A stretch of DNA of 63,643 nt, the filler included, from Vannella sp. (Eukaryota): the NCBI GenBank assembly GCA_023345925.1. It is 6 parts of 6 records of this genome, joined end to end, with 100 filler letters (N's around TTAATTAATTAA, not from the genome) between each part and the next. Parts side by side here need not be neighbours in the genome. Positions count along the whole stretch, not along the records: positions 1 to 24,644 come from JAJQQN010001364.1; positions 24,745 to 32,201 come from JAJQQN010000051.1; positions 32,302 to 48,781 come from JAJQQN010000663.1; 3 more parts are not named here. The stretch is one strand, 5' to 3'. Positions 21,833 to 32,799 of the stretch are shown here, piece after piece (positions within the stretch are counted from its first letter, which is position 1; every line of letters begins with the position of its first letter). Both the position numbers and the translations under genes were made by a program. A model generated the notes under the pieces. That model was given only the letters and a program-made list of their open reading frames with translations. It ran no database searches and was not told where the DNA came from.

Positions 21833-24316
21833 TTAGAGCATCCTGACGATCTCAAGGAAGAGAGAGGACGAGTTGGTGATCCCTGCATCTGCCAGGCAAA
21901 GTGAATTGTCTGGGAAGAGTTGGCCCTTGGCCCCTTCCTTTGAGAGAGGGTAGACAGCGACATTGTCACCCTCGAAGGATTCTTCGTCCGGATTCAGCTC
22001 GTAGTAGGTGTCGAACATAGTCGTATCTAGTGTATCTGATTGTACCCAGAATGTGAGATTGCCCTCTCTGGATGAGGGGCCGGTGCCAGTGGTTATCTTG
22101 AGCCTGATTTGGGTGTCGGGAATGACTTGCCCGCTGGATTCTTCTCTTATTAAGGGACAGAGGATCTTATGTGATGGGTGAACTAGTTGATACCACTTCA
22201 CTAGATTGTCCCAACACACTTTCGCGGCAAGCACACCCCCCGTTGTCTCTTGGATGCCTCGAGTGTAGAGACCATCCCGATTCATGAGCTCAGTGTTATC
22301 CACGGGACCTGGGTGCATGGCTAGTTGGCGTGCTGACTGGCTTTCCAAGGAAGCCACATCGTAGGCCACATAATCTTTCCAGGCTTCCCACCATACCGGA
22401 GAGATTAGGTACCTTTTGCTTTTCTCCCTGTGGATGGCCGTTTCCATTAACTCTTTGATGATCCGCTTTTGCTCCTCTGGGGAAGGGATCTCTCTGCGCT
22501 GTGGTACGGGAGCAGGAATCTCTCTCAATGATGGGGAAGGGGAAGGGGAAGGAACTTCACTTTCGAGAAAAGGATTCTCTCTCGCTTCGTGGGCAGAAGT
22601 GTCGCTCTGTTGTGGTTCAGAGAGAGATTCTTGAGGAGCAGATTGCTCTCCCTGTGGAGCCTCAAAGGAATTCACTTCCTCTCGAACAGAAAGATCTTCA
22701 ACGGGTAGTTGTGGCTTCATGGGGTCGCAATGAAGCTTGTAAGCGAACTTCCCACTTGCAAGTGTCTGATATCGGACAACGTTGGCAAGGCTGGCGGTGT
22801 CCTTCCAAGTGTCAAGAGCCGCCCAGCGTTGAGGCCATGAGTCGAAAGAGGTGTCATCCACAAACACGAGATCCCACGTCTCTCCTTCCCTCACAAACAC
22901 CTTCAGATACCCTGAGACTTGGTCTGGCACTGCAGAACCCTTCTTAGTGTGAGCTGTGACCCGGAGATCACCTCTCTCAGCCGTATTGCAAACAAGGCAA
23001 GTTTGATTGGAGCAGAGATGAATCCGCTTGGTCAGTTCGATGTCCGGCTTCTCAGTAGGCCGCCTGGATTTGAGTGAAGGCGGCTTTGTTCCTGTTTTCT
23101 TGACTGCCTTTGCTGTAGGAGAAGGCTTGCTCACCTGCTTCTCGTGTTTTTTACAAGCTGCTCGGTCACCCACCATCTTTGCAGTCTTTCCGCATTGGGT
23201 GCCAGCACTCTTGCCGCGCACAAAAACATGGGAGCATGCCAGAGTAGACTTGATTGTCTGTGTCACCCGCGGAGGGGCAGATTTCCGTGCTCTCTTGACT
23301 TGGGGAAGGCTTGCTCCCTTTGCTTTTGGCGCTTTGGCGACCAAAGGCTTGGAGGTAGAAGCTTCTGGTGGAGTATGAAGGGCAGAAGCGAGGGAAAGGA
23401 TGAAATCCTTCTTCAAGGAGCTGGGAACTTGATCGAGCACCCTCAGTTTCTGTTCCTCCGTTGGACTTTGGAAGAACACTTTGAGGATGCAGTACAAGGT
23501 ACTGCTGATCTCCCTCTCACTTATGGATAGAGAGCCTTGACTATGTCCTGCAGGGAGTCCTCGTGGTGCTACATACGCAAAGACTTCTCCTTCTTCGTCT
23601 TCCTGATCCATCTCTTGCCTCTCATCGCCGCTGTCGCCTTCTTCCTCTTGCTCCTCCCTTTCGTCTTCCTCCTCGTCCTCTTCCTCCTCGTCCTCCTCAG
23701 CCTCCTCCTTGAGTAAGCCAGCGAGGAATGGATCATCTTCCAGACTCAATTCAGGTTGGTCCTCCCTGGCCAGGTAAACGAGGACTGGATCTTCCTCCTC
23801 CTGGCTCATTCCAGGCTGATAATCCTCTTCTTTCTCTTCCTCTTCCTCTTCCTCCTCTTCTAGCAACACCAAGTTGGTCTGAGAAGAAGAAGGCGGTGGC
23901 ACACCAGAGGAAGACTCCTCTTCGGGAACAGTCACCTTCAGGGAAGACTCCTCGTCCTCTGCCACGATGGTGTTGCCTTTACCCAAGGCATTGAAAGAGA
24001 GAGATGGCTCCCGTCGCGTGGTAATGGCTGGCGGAGAGGACGGGCTCTGAGGCAACGGGGGAATAGGCGATCGAAGGTTGTACCTGTCAGGGACATGAAC
24101 GAAGTCACCAGAGAATGCATTCCCTGTCAGACCGAAGAACTTCTGCCCTATCAAACCAATCGCATCATCCAGTGTGGCGAACGGGCCCTTCCTTTGGTAG
24201 GATTTTTGGCCATCCAAACCCCACCTGAAGTGCACGTAGAAGGCTTCGCCTTCTTGATTGACTGTCAAGTCAAACTCCCTGTCGTTTTTCTCTAGCGATA
24301 CGCGATACACCTCCAT
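21833..24316 (-). CDS. WGR-like domain + acidic tract + CCCH-type zinc finger + DUSP-UBL protein
   Basis: N-terminal FYVHFRWGLDG...GPF..LDDAI...KFFGLTGN (WGR-like). C-terminal RYLISPVWWEAWKDYV..HPGPVDN..L (DUSP) followed by a UBL-like tail LCLADAGIT..SSLFLEIV. Long Glu/Asp tract in between. Confidence 0.7.
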   Translation of the reverse strand: MEVYRVSLEKNDREFDLTVNQEGEAFYVHFRWGLDGQKSYQRKGPFATLDDAIGLIGQKFFGLTGNAFSGDFVHVPDRYNLRSPIPPLPQSPSSPPAITTRREPSLSFNALGKGNTIVAEDEESSLKVTVPEEESSSGVPPPSSSQTNLVLLEEEEEEEEEKEEDYQPGMSQEEEDPVLVYLAREDQPELSLEDDPFLAGLLKEEAEEDEEEEDEEEDEREEQEEEGDSGDERQEMDQEDEEGEVFAYVAPRGLPAGHSQGSLSISEREISSTLYCILKVFFQSPTEEQKLRVLDQVPSSLKKDFILSLASALHTPPEASTSKPLVAKAPKAKGASLPQVKRARKSAPPRVTQTIKSTLACSHVFVRGKSAGTQCGKTAKMVGDRAACKKHEKQVSKPSPTAKAVKKTGTKPPSLKSRRPTEKPDIELTKRIHLCSNQTCLVCNTAERGDLRVTAHTKKGSAVPDQVSGYLKVFVREGETWDLVFVDDTSFDSWPQRWAALDTWKDTASLANVVRYQTLASGKFAYKLHCDPMKPQLPVEDLSVREEVNSFEAPQGEQSAPQESLSEPQQSDTSAHEARENPFLESEVPSPSPSPSLREIPAPVPQRREIPSPEEQKRIIKELMETAIHREKSKRYLISPVWWEAWKDYVAYDVASLESQSARQLAMHPGPVDNTELMNRDGLYTRGIQETTGGVLAAKVCWDNLVKWYQLVHPSHKILCPLIREESSGQVIPDTQIRLKITTGTGPSSREGNLTFWVQSDTLDTTMFDTYYELNPDEESFEGDNVAVYPLSKEGAKGQLFPDNSLCLADAGITNSSSLFLEIVRML

Positions 24317-24644
24317 CGCCGCAGGCACCCAAAATAATGAGTTTGCAAAGCCTTTCCCTCATTTCCCTCCAAAAGGGGGAAATGAGGTTCTTGGATCCCT
24401 CCCTGTCAAATAACCAAGGTTTGCCTGTCAGGGTCGATTTCCCATCTGATGTCTTTATATGAGAAATGGATCGGCATTTCCCCTCATGAGAGAGTTCACT
24501 GCCCCACTAAACCACGTCCGCTGGTTGTAAAGTGCCTCTAAATTCGATCGGGACCTTTACCAATGGACTTTTTATGGGGTTTAGTCGGGGTACTTTTTTG
24601 GCTCATTTGACCATCCCTCCAAACGAGGGAAAAGTAACCCTCTT

Positions 24645-24744
24645 NNNNNNNNNNNNNNNNNNNNNNNNNNNNNNNNNNNNNNNNNNNNTTAATTAATTAA
24701 NNNNNNNNNNNNNNNNNNNNNNNNNNNNNNNNNNNNNNNNNNNN
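24645..24744. other. Assembly gap with TTAATTAATTAA six-frame-stop linker
   Basis: 44 N + TTAATTAATTAA + 44 N. Confidence 0.98.
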
Positions 24745-25030
24745 TGAAGGCGCGAACAGAGACTGCTCCGAGGTCTGGAGGTGCTCACTTTATCGGGTAA
24801 AAAACTTTATCGGGTAAAAAACACCACCCTATATTAATATTATCCACATTTCTGAGAAATTGGCGAGTCAAAAAAGAGCGGGTTTCAGAACTCGTGTTTT
24901 CGAGTGTCCTGATGACCTCCATCTCTTCAGGATAAGCTTTTGAGCTGATTTCATTTTTTCACTTTTTTGTGGAGCGGGGAATGCCTGCTTGGGACTTTTC
25001 GTTTCGGGGGCAGATGGGAAGATGGGAGCT

Positions 25031-26870
25031 TTATTTGGGTGCCTGGAAGACGGTGCGGCCTCCCACGATGGTCTGGAGGATGGCAATATTGGGCAACTCG
25101 TCAGGATCCACTCGAAGAGGGTTTTGGGAGAGAATGACAAAGTCGGCGAGCTTGCCGACTTCAATGGAGCCTTTCAGATGTTCTTCAAAGTTGAGGTAGG
25201 CAGCATCAATAGTGTATGCTTTCAGACCTTGTTCAACGCTGATGCGTTGGTCACTGCCCAAAACCTCATCTGATAGGAATGGAACGATTAAGGAACAGGT
25301 ATTTGCACTTGGTAATACCTACTTGTCTTGGTCTTCCGCGTTACAGCCGTCCAAATCGAATGGAGCGGGTTCACGGGAGTGACTGGGCAGTCACTGTGGA
25401 GTCCAAAGCGGATCTAAGTGCATCTCTTTGAGTCGCAAACAAATCACCAAACAGTGATAAAACATACGCCACACTCGGTCGCGCTTCGAAGGGGAGAAAT
25501 GCGTTCGGAACGCTCTGGACCCAAGAAAATGGACTTGTGGCGGTCTCCCCAGAAGAAGACATGGCCCACAAAGAAGCTAGCTGTGATTCCAACACTAGAT
25601 GACACTCTTCAGACACTAAAAGGACTCAAAAGGAGCTCTTACGCCTTCATCCGCTTCAACTGGTCGTCACTGACCAATTGGCAATGTTCAATTCGGTGGC
25701 GATGATCGGGCCGTGGATGGTCCTCGTTAGCCTTCTCCACTGCAGCAATGAAGGCTTCGATAGCGCCGTCTCCATTGCAATGGACAGCAATCTGGCGCCC
25801 GATTTGGTGGAGACCAGAGACTGCTCCGGCTAATTGAGCAGCGGGCAGGAGCAGATTCCCCTTCACATCGGCTTGGTCATGGTAGGGCTTGAGGCAACAG
25901 GCAGTGTGGCATTGAATAGAGCCATCAGCGAAGAGTTTGGTGCCTCCAAACCGAAGGAACAGGGGATCAAAGCCGGTAGACTCGGGCCGATCCTTCCAAT
26001 GAGGGGGCGTGTACAGCGTCACCCGGATGGGGAAGGGGTTCTCAGCTGTATGAACCTATACTCGTCTCCAATCAGCCTTGTCGGAGAGCAAGGGAGTAGT
26101 AGGCAACTCACCGCGAACGCGTTCAAGTAGATGTTGAACAACATTGGGCCCACAAACAAGTCGTGGATGGACGTGACTCCTCGTGAGGCAAAGTAGGTTG
26201 CAGTAGACCACATGTCACCACGTTTTGAGCTCATATCCAAGGTCTTGTTGAGGTGTACGTAGACCTTTTGGTAGGCCGCCATCTCCTCCATCTGCCCAGT
26301 GATCTTCCCTTCAGCGTTCCGCACGAAGATACCACCACCTTCAGGGTTCTCCACAGAGTCATCAATACCAGCAATCTCCAAGGCCTTGGAGTTGGTATAC
26401 ACGCGATGAAGCGAAGGATGCCAGACCCAAACGGGAAGATCAGCGCAAACGCTGTCAATGTCCTCCTTGGTGAGGTTACGATGTTCTTCAATGAGTGTGT
26501 CGTCAAACCCTGAGCATTTGATCCAAGGGAGAAGTCCACTGGCCAGAGGAGCTTCAAGAGATTGAGCCTCGGCAGCTTGTTTGATCTTCTCCAGCACTTG
26601 AGAGGTCGTTGTGCATTGAGTAATACCGACATCCACCCAGCCCCACTGATTGGCAACTGCATTGAAGTGATTGTGCGACTCAACAAACCCAGGAAGAAGG
26701 GTAGCACCCTCCAAATCCCTCAACTCCGCGTCCTCGTCCACCAACGCCTTGTACCCCTCTCCAGAACCAACCGCAACAATCTTTCCCTCTTCCACCACCA
26801 CAAACGAAGCCGCAGGGCCATCCACCAAAGTAACGATCTCCCCGTTAAACCAAACCGTTGTCTTCACCAT
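25031..26870 (-). CDS. Metal-dependent amidohydrolase, YtcJ-like (Amidohydro_3); multi-exon
   Basis: DLEGATLLPGFVESHNH, KLFADGSIQ, QIAVHCNGD, RHRIEHCQ, DSTVT, and QGLKAYTIDAAY..FEE..KGSIEVGKLADFVILS. Confidence 0.92.
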
Positions 26871-26894
26871 CGAGCCACCAACGAATGACACCAG

Positions 26895-26921
26895 ATCACG
26901 TGACCTCCATCACGTGACCTC
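26895..26921. promoter_or_regulatory. Tandem palindromic E-box (TCACGTGA x2) in a divergent promoter
   Basis: ATCACGTGACCTC repeated with 14-nt spacing between the divergent ATGs at 26870 and 26991. Confidence 0.45.
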
Positions 26922-26990
26922 TGGCATTAAAGCCAAACCTGAAACAGATCTCCCCATCTACCAATTTATTAATCTTTTTTATTCGAGATC

Positions 26991-28572
26991 ATGGCGGGTG
27001 CCACGTTGTCGGCAGCGGAGGAGATGAAAGTGGTCAAGTTGGAGGAGGAGTTTGTGGAGAAGCTTTCTCGAGCTTTGTTGGTGTCGGTTGTTGACCAGCA
27101 GGAGCGATCGGTATTGCCTTCGTCGTTGCATGAGGACCTGTTCGAGAATATCCTCCGGGATGCCTTTGTCAAGCTTCCTGTCTCGCCTCTTCGAACTGTA
27201 CTTCTCTCCCACCTTCCTAAGCATGCTGCTTCACTATATGAGAGGTAAGCAGTGACGCGTACTGACTTCTGATCCTAACGAACCCTCCTACGATCAGTTA
27301 TCGCCTCCGCTTGCCCATTGAGTTGGGAAAACGAAGTTCCAGAGACCCAGAGAAGGCAACGGAGAGTCAGAAGAAGGTATGTAAGGCACAAAAGCAGCTT
27401 CCATGCTTACATAGTGTTGTGGCTCCGTAGAAACCAAAGCTAGACCTTGGGCGACTGGCGGGGCGCGACTTCCCAATGATCTTCTCTCAAAAGGGCCTGC
27501 AGCATCACATCTCTCATCTAGAGTCTCTACCATACACCAGAGCAAACCTTCAGCAATGTAGGGCCTTCCCCTTGTGCTGATCGCCGCGCTAACGACCTCT
27601 GACAGACAATGTCCTCCTTTGGAACCGGTTCTTGGGGGGAGAGGCGATCGAAGCCTATTTCGACTTGATCCGAAGGAGCTCAACTACGTTCGAGGAATGT
27701 CTGCATCGTTTGAAGCAACTTCTTCTGCTTGCTCATGCGGATGTCCAACTCCAACAGACCCCGCAGCTTGTCCGAGCCTTCACAGCTGAGTTTGAGACCA
27801 TTCTGGATAATGGAAAGCTGAAGGAAGAGCAGTGCGTACCCCAGTGATCCCTTACATCGTACAACAAGTCTCAATGAGGGGATTTAGACTCATTCTAGTG
27901 TTTGACTTGACCAAGAAGCTACTGGCACTCCTCACACTGGCAATGGGAGATGAAGAAGAGGTGTTCTATCCTCTACTATCGTCGTTAGTCAAGCTGGGAG
28001 CCCAATCTCAGGGGATTGCCTCTTCCATGTCCACAGTAGTGATGCAGATTGTCGGTCCAATGGAGGGAGACCGTTTACTTCGTGTTCTAGTCGAAGCAGG
28101 AGAACCAACGGTCCACGTGACCGACCTCTACCGGCATGCTTTGAAGAGTGTCTTAGTCAATCTCCAGGACAAAGGGGTTTTCGCATTCACCCGCATTGTT
28201 GTGGTCGCCAAGTCATTCTTCCCGCTTCTCTCAGCATCAGAGCGCTCTCAAATGTACAGCAGTATCTGCCAAATTGACCTTCCTACCGCCACTCTCCGAG
28301 AATTGAACCAATTGGACCACACAGTGGCCTCTGTGAAGATTATTCCTCATCTCCTGGACCATATCTCTGTTGAGAGACTTCGGGAAGTATTAAGCCGCAA
28401 GGACCAAGAGGACCGCCCTTCCGCTGAGGACAACCTGGGAGACGGCGACACTCCTTTGTTCTTCATTGACACGGGGTCAGTTCCACGAAAGCCCCGGACT
28501 CAAGAAGAGAGCGAAGGGGAAGAAGAGGAGAGCGAAGGAGGAGAAGAGGAAGAAATGCAGTTCTTCGAATAA
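26991..28572 (+). CDS. Hypothetical multi-exon helical protein with acidic C-terminus
   Basis: A chain of plus-strand ORFs (26991-27248, 27632-27847, 27832-28572) separated by short GT-AG candidates. The tail reads PLFFIDTG..EEESEGEEEE. Confidence 0.5.
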
Positions 28573-28582
28573 AGCGAGAACT

Positions 28583-30028
28583 CTATTCTACTTTGAGTTT
28601 AGAGTGACCTCCGCAACAGCAATGGAGAAGTGAATAAGTGAGATAAAGTACACTTGCTGCCAGCCAAATACCTCCAACAATGAGCTTTGCAACCACACTG
28701 TTGGTTGTCTGGAACTCAATAGAATAGAGATCATACAAGAAGCGTTTCCTGTGGTCTGGATCGGTCCGATTCTTTTCTGAGATCTCCAATAGACCTCCAA
28801 ACCCACCATAGTCTCCCATTATCGAGCGGACAGTCATCCTTCATGGTCCATTAGTTCACAACGGACTTCTTCGTTCTTAGTACTCACTCTTTGGCAATCC
28901 CGCCACCGACTCGGTGCTCATAGTAACATCCGTTATGGTCATGCCCATTCAAGATAAGCACAGGACCAAAGCGAAGGAGAGAAGCGGTAGCTTGCATGGA
29001 CAACATGTTCTGGGACTTGATGAATCCATCTTTCGTCATCTCGATTTTGGGCGGGTCTGCGCACACTCCAGCTGGCTTAAAGAAGGGAATGTGGTCTAAG
29101 ATGATGAGAGGCTTGGCCTCAGGATCAGTGGAAGTCTCTAAGTAACTGATTCCACCCTCTTCGACAAAGTTGATTGTTTCCCACCGTAGGGGCTCTGCGC
29201 GTACTCCCTCCAAAAGCTGACTGTTAAACTTGAGCCAGCGGTGTCCTAAGTGCTCAAAGATCTGGTTTTGGGCTCCAAATTGATCTTCGAAACGGGAGAG
29301 AGTTCTGGTACTTTCAATGAGACTGGATGAGAGTGGATTGGAGGAGGCTTACTGTTCAGTACAGTCGTCTCCGTATCCTATGTCATGGTTTCCTGCAAGC
29401 CAGATGAGGCGAATGTCCTTCTGGTCCTCAGGAAGTTCAAAAATCCACTTCAATCGCGCTGCTCTCTCTTGGAACTCCTCCAATTTGATGTGCTGGGAAG
29501 ACACTAGATCCCCTAGTACTACTACCATGTCTGGCCTCACCAAAGACATCGTCCTCCAGAAGATCCACTTCATATAGAGGTCATTGTAGGTGTTCTGGAT
29601 CTCTCCTGCAGCCCCAATGATCAGCAACGCGCCACAGAGGTAAAGGAACACTGGTTGCTACTCTAACAACACATACCAAAGACTCCCTGGCGCTTAACAC
29701 GAGCGCTCCCTTCAATCTGAGGATCGCCATAGAAGAGCACTCGATTGGAACCCTCTATGCGTGGGGGGACGGATAAGAAGGGGAAGAAGAACAAGTAAAG
29801 GATCTGGAACACTGCCCAGAAGGCCATAAGAGCCAAGCACGCCCGAAAGCAGAAGGATAGCAGCCGAAACACCTTCCCCATGAAGATACGGACCCTGCTT
29901 GGCCCCCTTCGCTCCAGGAGCGATTCCAGTGCGTCAGAGTAGTTACTAAATCCTTCGTGCTTCATGAAAGCGCGTAACCGCTCGACTGTGGCTCCTCGTA
30001 GCTCGATCGTGGTCGAGAGACCCGCCAT
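28583..30028 (-). CDS. Calcineurin-like metallophosphoesterase, MPPE1/Cdc1/Ted1-like, with N- and C-terminal TM helices; multi-exon
   Basis: Motifs LFYGDPQIEG, NDLYM, VVVLGDLVSS, LAGNHDIG, LDHIPF and LNGHDH appear in order. Confidence 0.85.
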
Positions 30029-30091
30029 GGCCCAGAAGTCCGTCAGAGAATGCCCTCTGCAGGTCCCAGCAAGACATGTGACACTCTTCGT

Positions 30092-30352
30092 TTATACATA
30101 GACCTTCTCACGCTCACGCTCCCCACGAAGGAGCGCAGGATCGTCTAATCCCAGCTTCTTGCGGCGCCGTTCCTCCGATAAGCGCTTCTCTTGCTCGCTT
30201 TGCATTGGCATGATAGATATAGCTACAACCCTCTCCTCCAGACCCTCTGGAGGCTGGCTGGTGTCCATCTCTTGATAGCTGTAGAGCCCGGTAAGCGCAT
30301 ACGCCCCCAAGAGCAGCCCTAGCACCGCCCTCTTCCCTCGTGATAGGCGCAT
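30092..30352 (-). CDS. Small hypothetical single-TM protein
   Basis: 86-aa ORF from an ATG, with one hydrophobic helix followed by a charged tail. Confidence 0.35.
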   Translation of the reverse strand: MRLSRGKRAVLGLLLGAYALTGLYSYQEMDTSQPPEGLEERVVAISIMPMQSEQEKRLSEERRRKKLGLDDPALLRGEREREKVYV

Positions 30353-30606
30353 GTATCGCTGTAAGAACGTCAGCTTCTTGTACTCGCCAAAGCTCTTCCG
30401 CTTTGGGTCTGCCCCGCAAAGAGGCGAGGCACTTGCTCGGAACAGTTTGGGCGGGAAAATGAGTCTGGTCGAGCTTGTTCAGTTCTCTCTTGAGAGGAGA
30501 TTGGTGTTTGTGGCATCTTGTGGTGTAATGAAGAGTCAGAAGATGGGGGAGGGGCGATACAGGAGAGAAATGAAGGGATTTAGAAAGTGAAGTTTCTGGA
30601 ATTGAG

Positions 30607-32319
30607 TTATCGAGTGAGGGAGTCTGTGGATGTGGCTGTCGCTGTGGCTTCTTCTAGGATCTCCAAGTGAATGTCGATTTGATGGATGTCCGGAATCAGG
30701 CGGAGAACATCTTCACGGATGTGCTCTGCGACAATTCGAGCCTCACTGATCTGAAGGCTGTTCTGCTTCATTCGAATCTCCATCTCAACAAAGAGTTTCC
30801 TATTCAGGTAGTGGCAGGTGAAGTGAACAAGGCTCTCAACGGCCTCAAAGGAAGAAACCACTTTTTGAACGTCTGCTTGGACTTGTTCTTGGGGCCTATT
30901 CTTCAGTTTAGGGGAAGCTATAGATATCTGATTGCTCCTACCGTTGCAAGTAATCTTCATCGTGCTCATAGTGCACTGAACCAGAGGATTGTGCGTGAGA
31001 GAAGCGGGCATCGTCATCTTGATGATGTAAAGTGTCACTTTCATTGGGATCAACGTGAACCATCACATCAGTCACCTCTTCCATTCCCTCCTGAACATCA
31101 TGCTTCACTCTTTCGGCAATCTGCTCAAAGACGTTTCAGAAAGGGAAGAAACCTTTCCAGTGAGATAGAAACTGACCTGATGCGCTGCAGACACGGAAAT
31201 AACACCATTTACAACGATGTGGCAGTCTAGAGCATAAAAGGGGCCCATTTTGCGAAGGCGCAGCCGATGGAAGCTTAGAACACCGTCAACTCCTTTGATA
31301 ATGTCAGAAACCTGCTCTCGGACGGGTCCTTGATCTTGATGGTCAGTCAGATCACGAACTGATTCTTTGGTGATTCCCCACGCAGTTTGTCCAACCATGC
31401 CTCCCACGATGAGTCCTGCCACTTGGTCTGCCCAAGCAATATCAAACGCATATGCTGCACCCACTCCGACCACAGCAACAATCGACGAGAAGGCGTCTGT
31501 TCGATGATGCCACGCATTGGCTTCTATAACCTGAGAGTTGTACTTCTTTCCCACATCCAGAGTCACTCGGTAGATCCACTCTTTGCTCACAATCGAGATG
31601 AGAGCTGCGCTTATTGCCAGAGCTGCTGGCAGTGGAGAGGACATGTCCAAGCCATGTGAGTGGGTTCCAGGTAGATGCTCCAAAATAGCAAGGTCTGGAA
31701 GGTACTTCTCATGTACTTCATGCAGGATGCCAATGGCACTGCCCCAGAGAATCTGTGCGGACGTTGCAAGCAACAAGGACCCGACTGTAAGTGAGCCAAT
31801 AGCTTCGTATCGTCCAAATCTACTGCAGGGTTACGCAAGGACTTCATTATGAAGGCCGAGATACTCACCCGTAAGGATAGGCCTTTGTGTGTGGACGGCG
31901 CACCTGTTTTACGATGTAGAGCGTCACGATATCTGAAGCAAAGTCAGATAGCGAGTGAACTGCATCAGCGATGAGAGCCTGTGAGTTGCCGTAGATCCCA
32001 GCAGCTCCTTTGCCGAGAACCAACGCAGCGTTTGTCCACATGCCCTGCTTGGTGACCTGCTCGCATGCCTCCCTCGCCTTCTCATTCTTCTCCATCACAC
32101 TCCTATGTGAATGTCCATGTCCATGTCCATGTCCTACAGCCGCGCTCGTCCGAAAGGGCTGCGCCAACCGATAACTGGACCTCCCACCCACCCGAAAAGC
32201 CNNNNNNNNNNNNNNNNNNNNNNNNNNNNNNNNNNNNNNNNNNNNTTAATTAATTAANNNNNNNNNNNNNNNNNNNNNNNNNNNNNNNNNNNNNNNNNNN
32301 NCGAAGGCGCCGCCATCAT
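30607..32319 (-). CDS. Cation diffusion facilitator (mitochondrial MMT1/2- or plant MTP-like metal transporter); multi-exon, spans a gap
   Basis: GHGHGHGHSH, SQALIADAVHSLSD, YPYG|RYE, ANAWHHRTDAFSS, RLRKMGP...DCHIVV...SVSAAH and IDIHLE. A candidate start (MMAAPS) lies just across the gap at 32319. Confidence 0.9.
32202..32301. other. Assembly gap with TTAATTAATTAA linker
   Basis: Same 100-nt N/linker structure. Confidence 0.98.
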
Positions 32320-32799
32320 AAAATGAGTGAATCATCCTCATTTCCCTTTGGATATGATGGACCTCCGTTATTTATCATGCCCCACACCAAAGAGCCCGTA
32401 ATAGGCCCTCGTACTTCATTCTGATTGGGACATTCTTTTGCGTTCTGATTTCACTGGGAGGCTTCAAAAGGTGGGTTAGGTTGGTAGGATAAGGCATGAT
32501 AGAGCCTCTGCCTATCACTGAGATTGAATGGCTTCTGGGAATAGCTGTTCATTGGAGATTGAACGGTGCAGGGGGAGATTTTGGGAATTCATTGATTTAT
32601 GGACCTCTTAGAGTTGCCCAGTGGCGGGATAGCTGAAGCTCACACAACTATTCTTGTCAGGACCACTGATTCAAGTAGACTGACATCCTTTCACTCACGA
32701 TTGCACTGGGATCCTTCGTCGACGTTGGTTCCTCGAGGTCTAATTCCTGGCGGCAGTGCAAATCCCATCTACCCAGTCAGTTTGACTCAAAGACCATAA

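Noticed and set aside
24357..24387. 11-bp inverted repeat CCTCATTTCCC..GGGAAATGAGG upstream of the WGR-like gene
   Set aside because: An isolated short hairpin with no target-site duplication or transposase, so no function can be supported.
24689..24700. TTAATTAATTAA palindrome recurring five times in the window
   Set aside because: Always centred in identical N runs, so it is an artificial six-frame-stop linker and not biology.
24787..24821. 17-bp direct duplication ACTTTATCGGGTAAAAA
   Set aside because: Two copies next to a contig end with no associated element. Likely slippage or an assembly effect.
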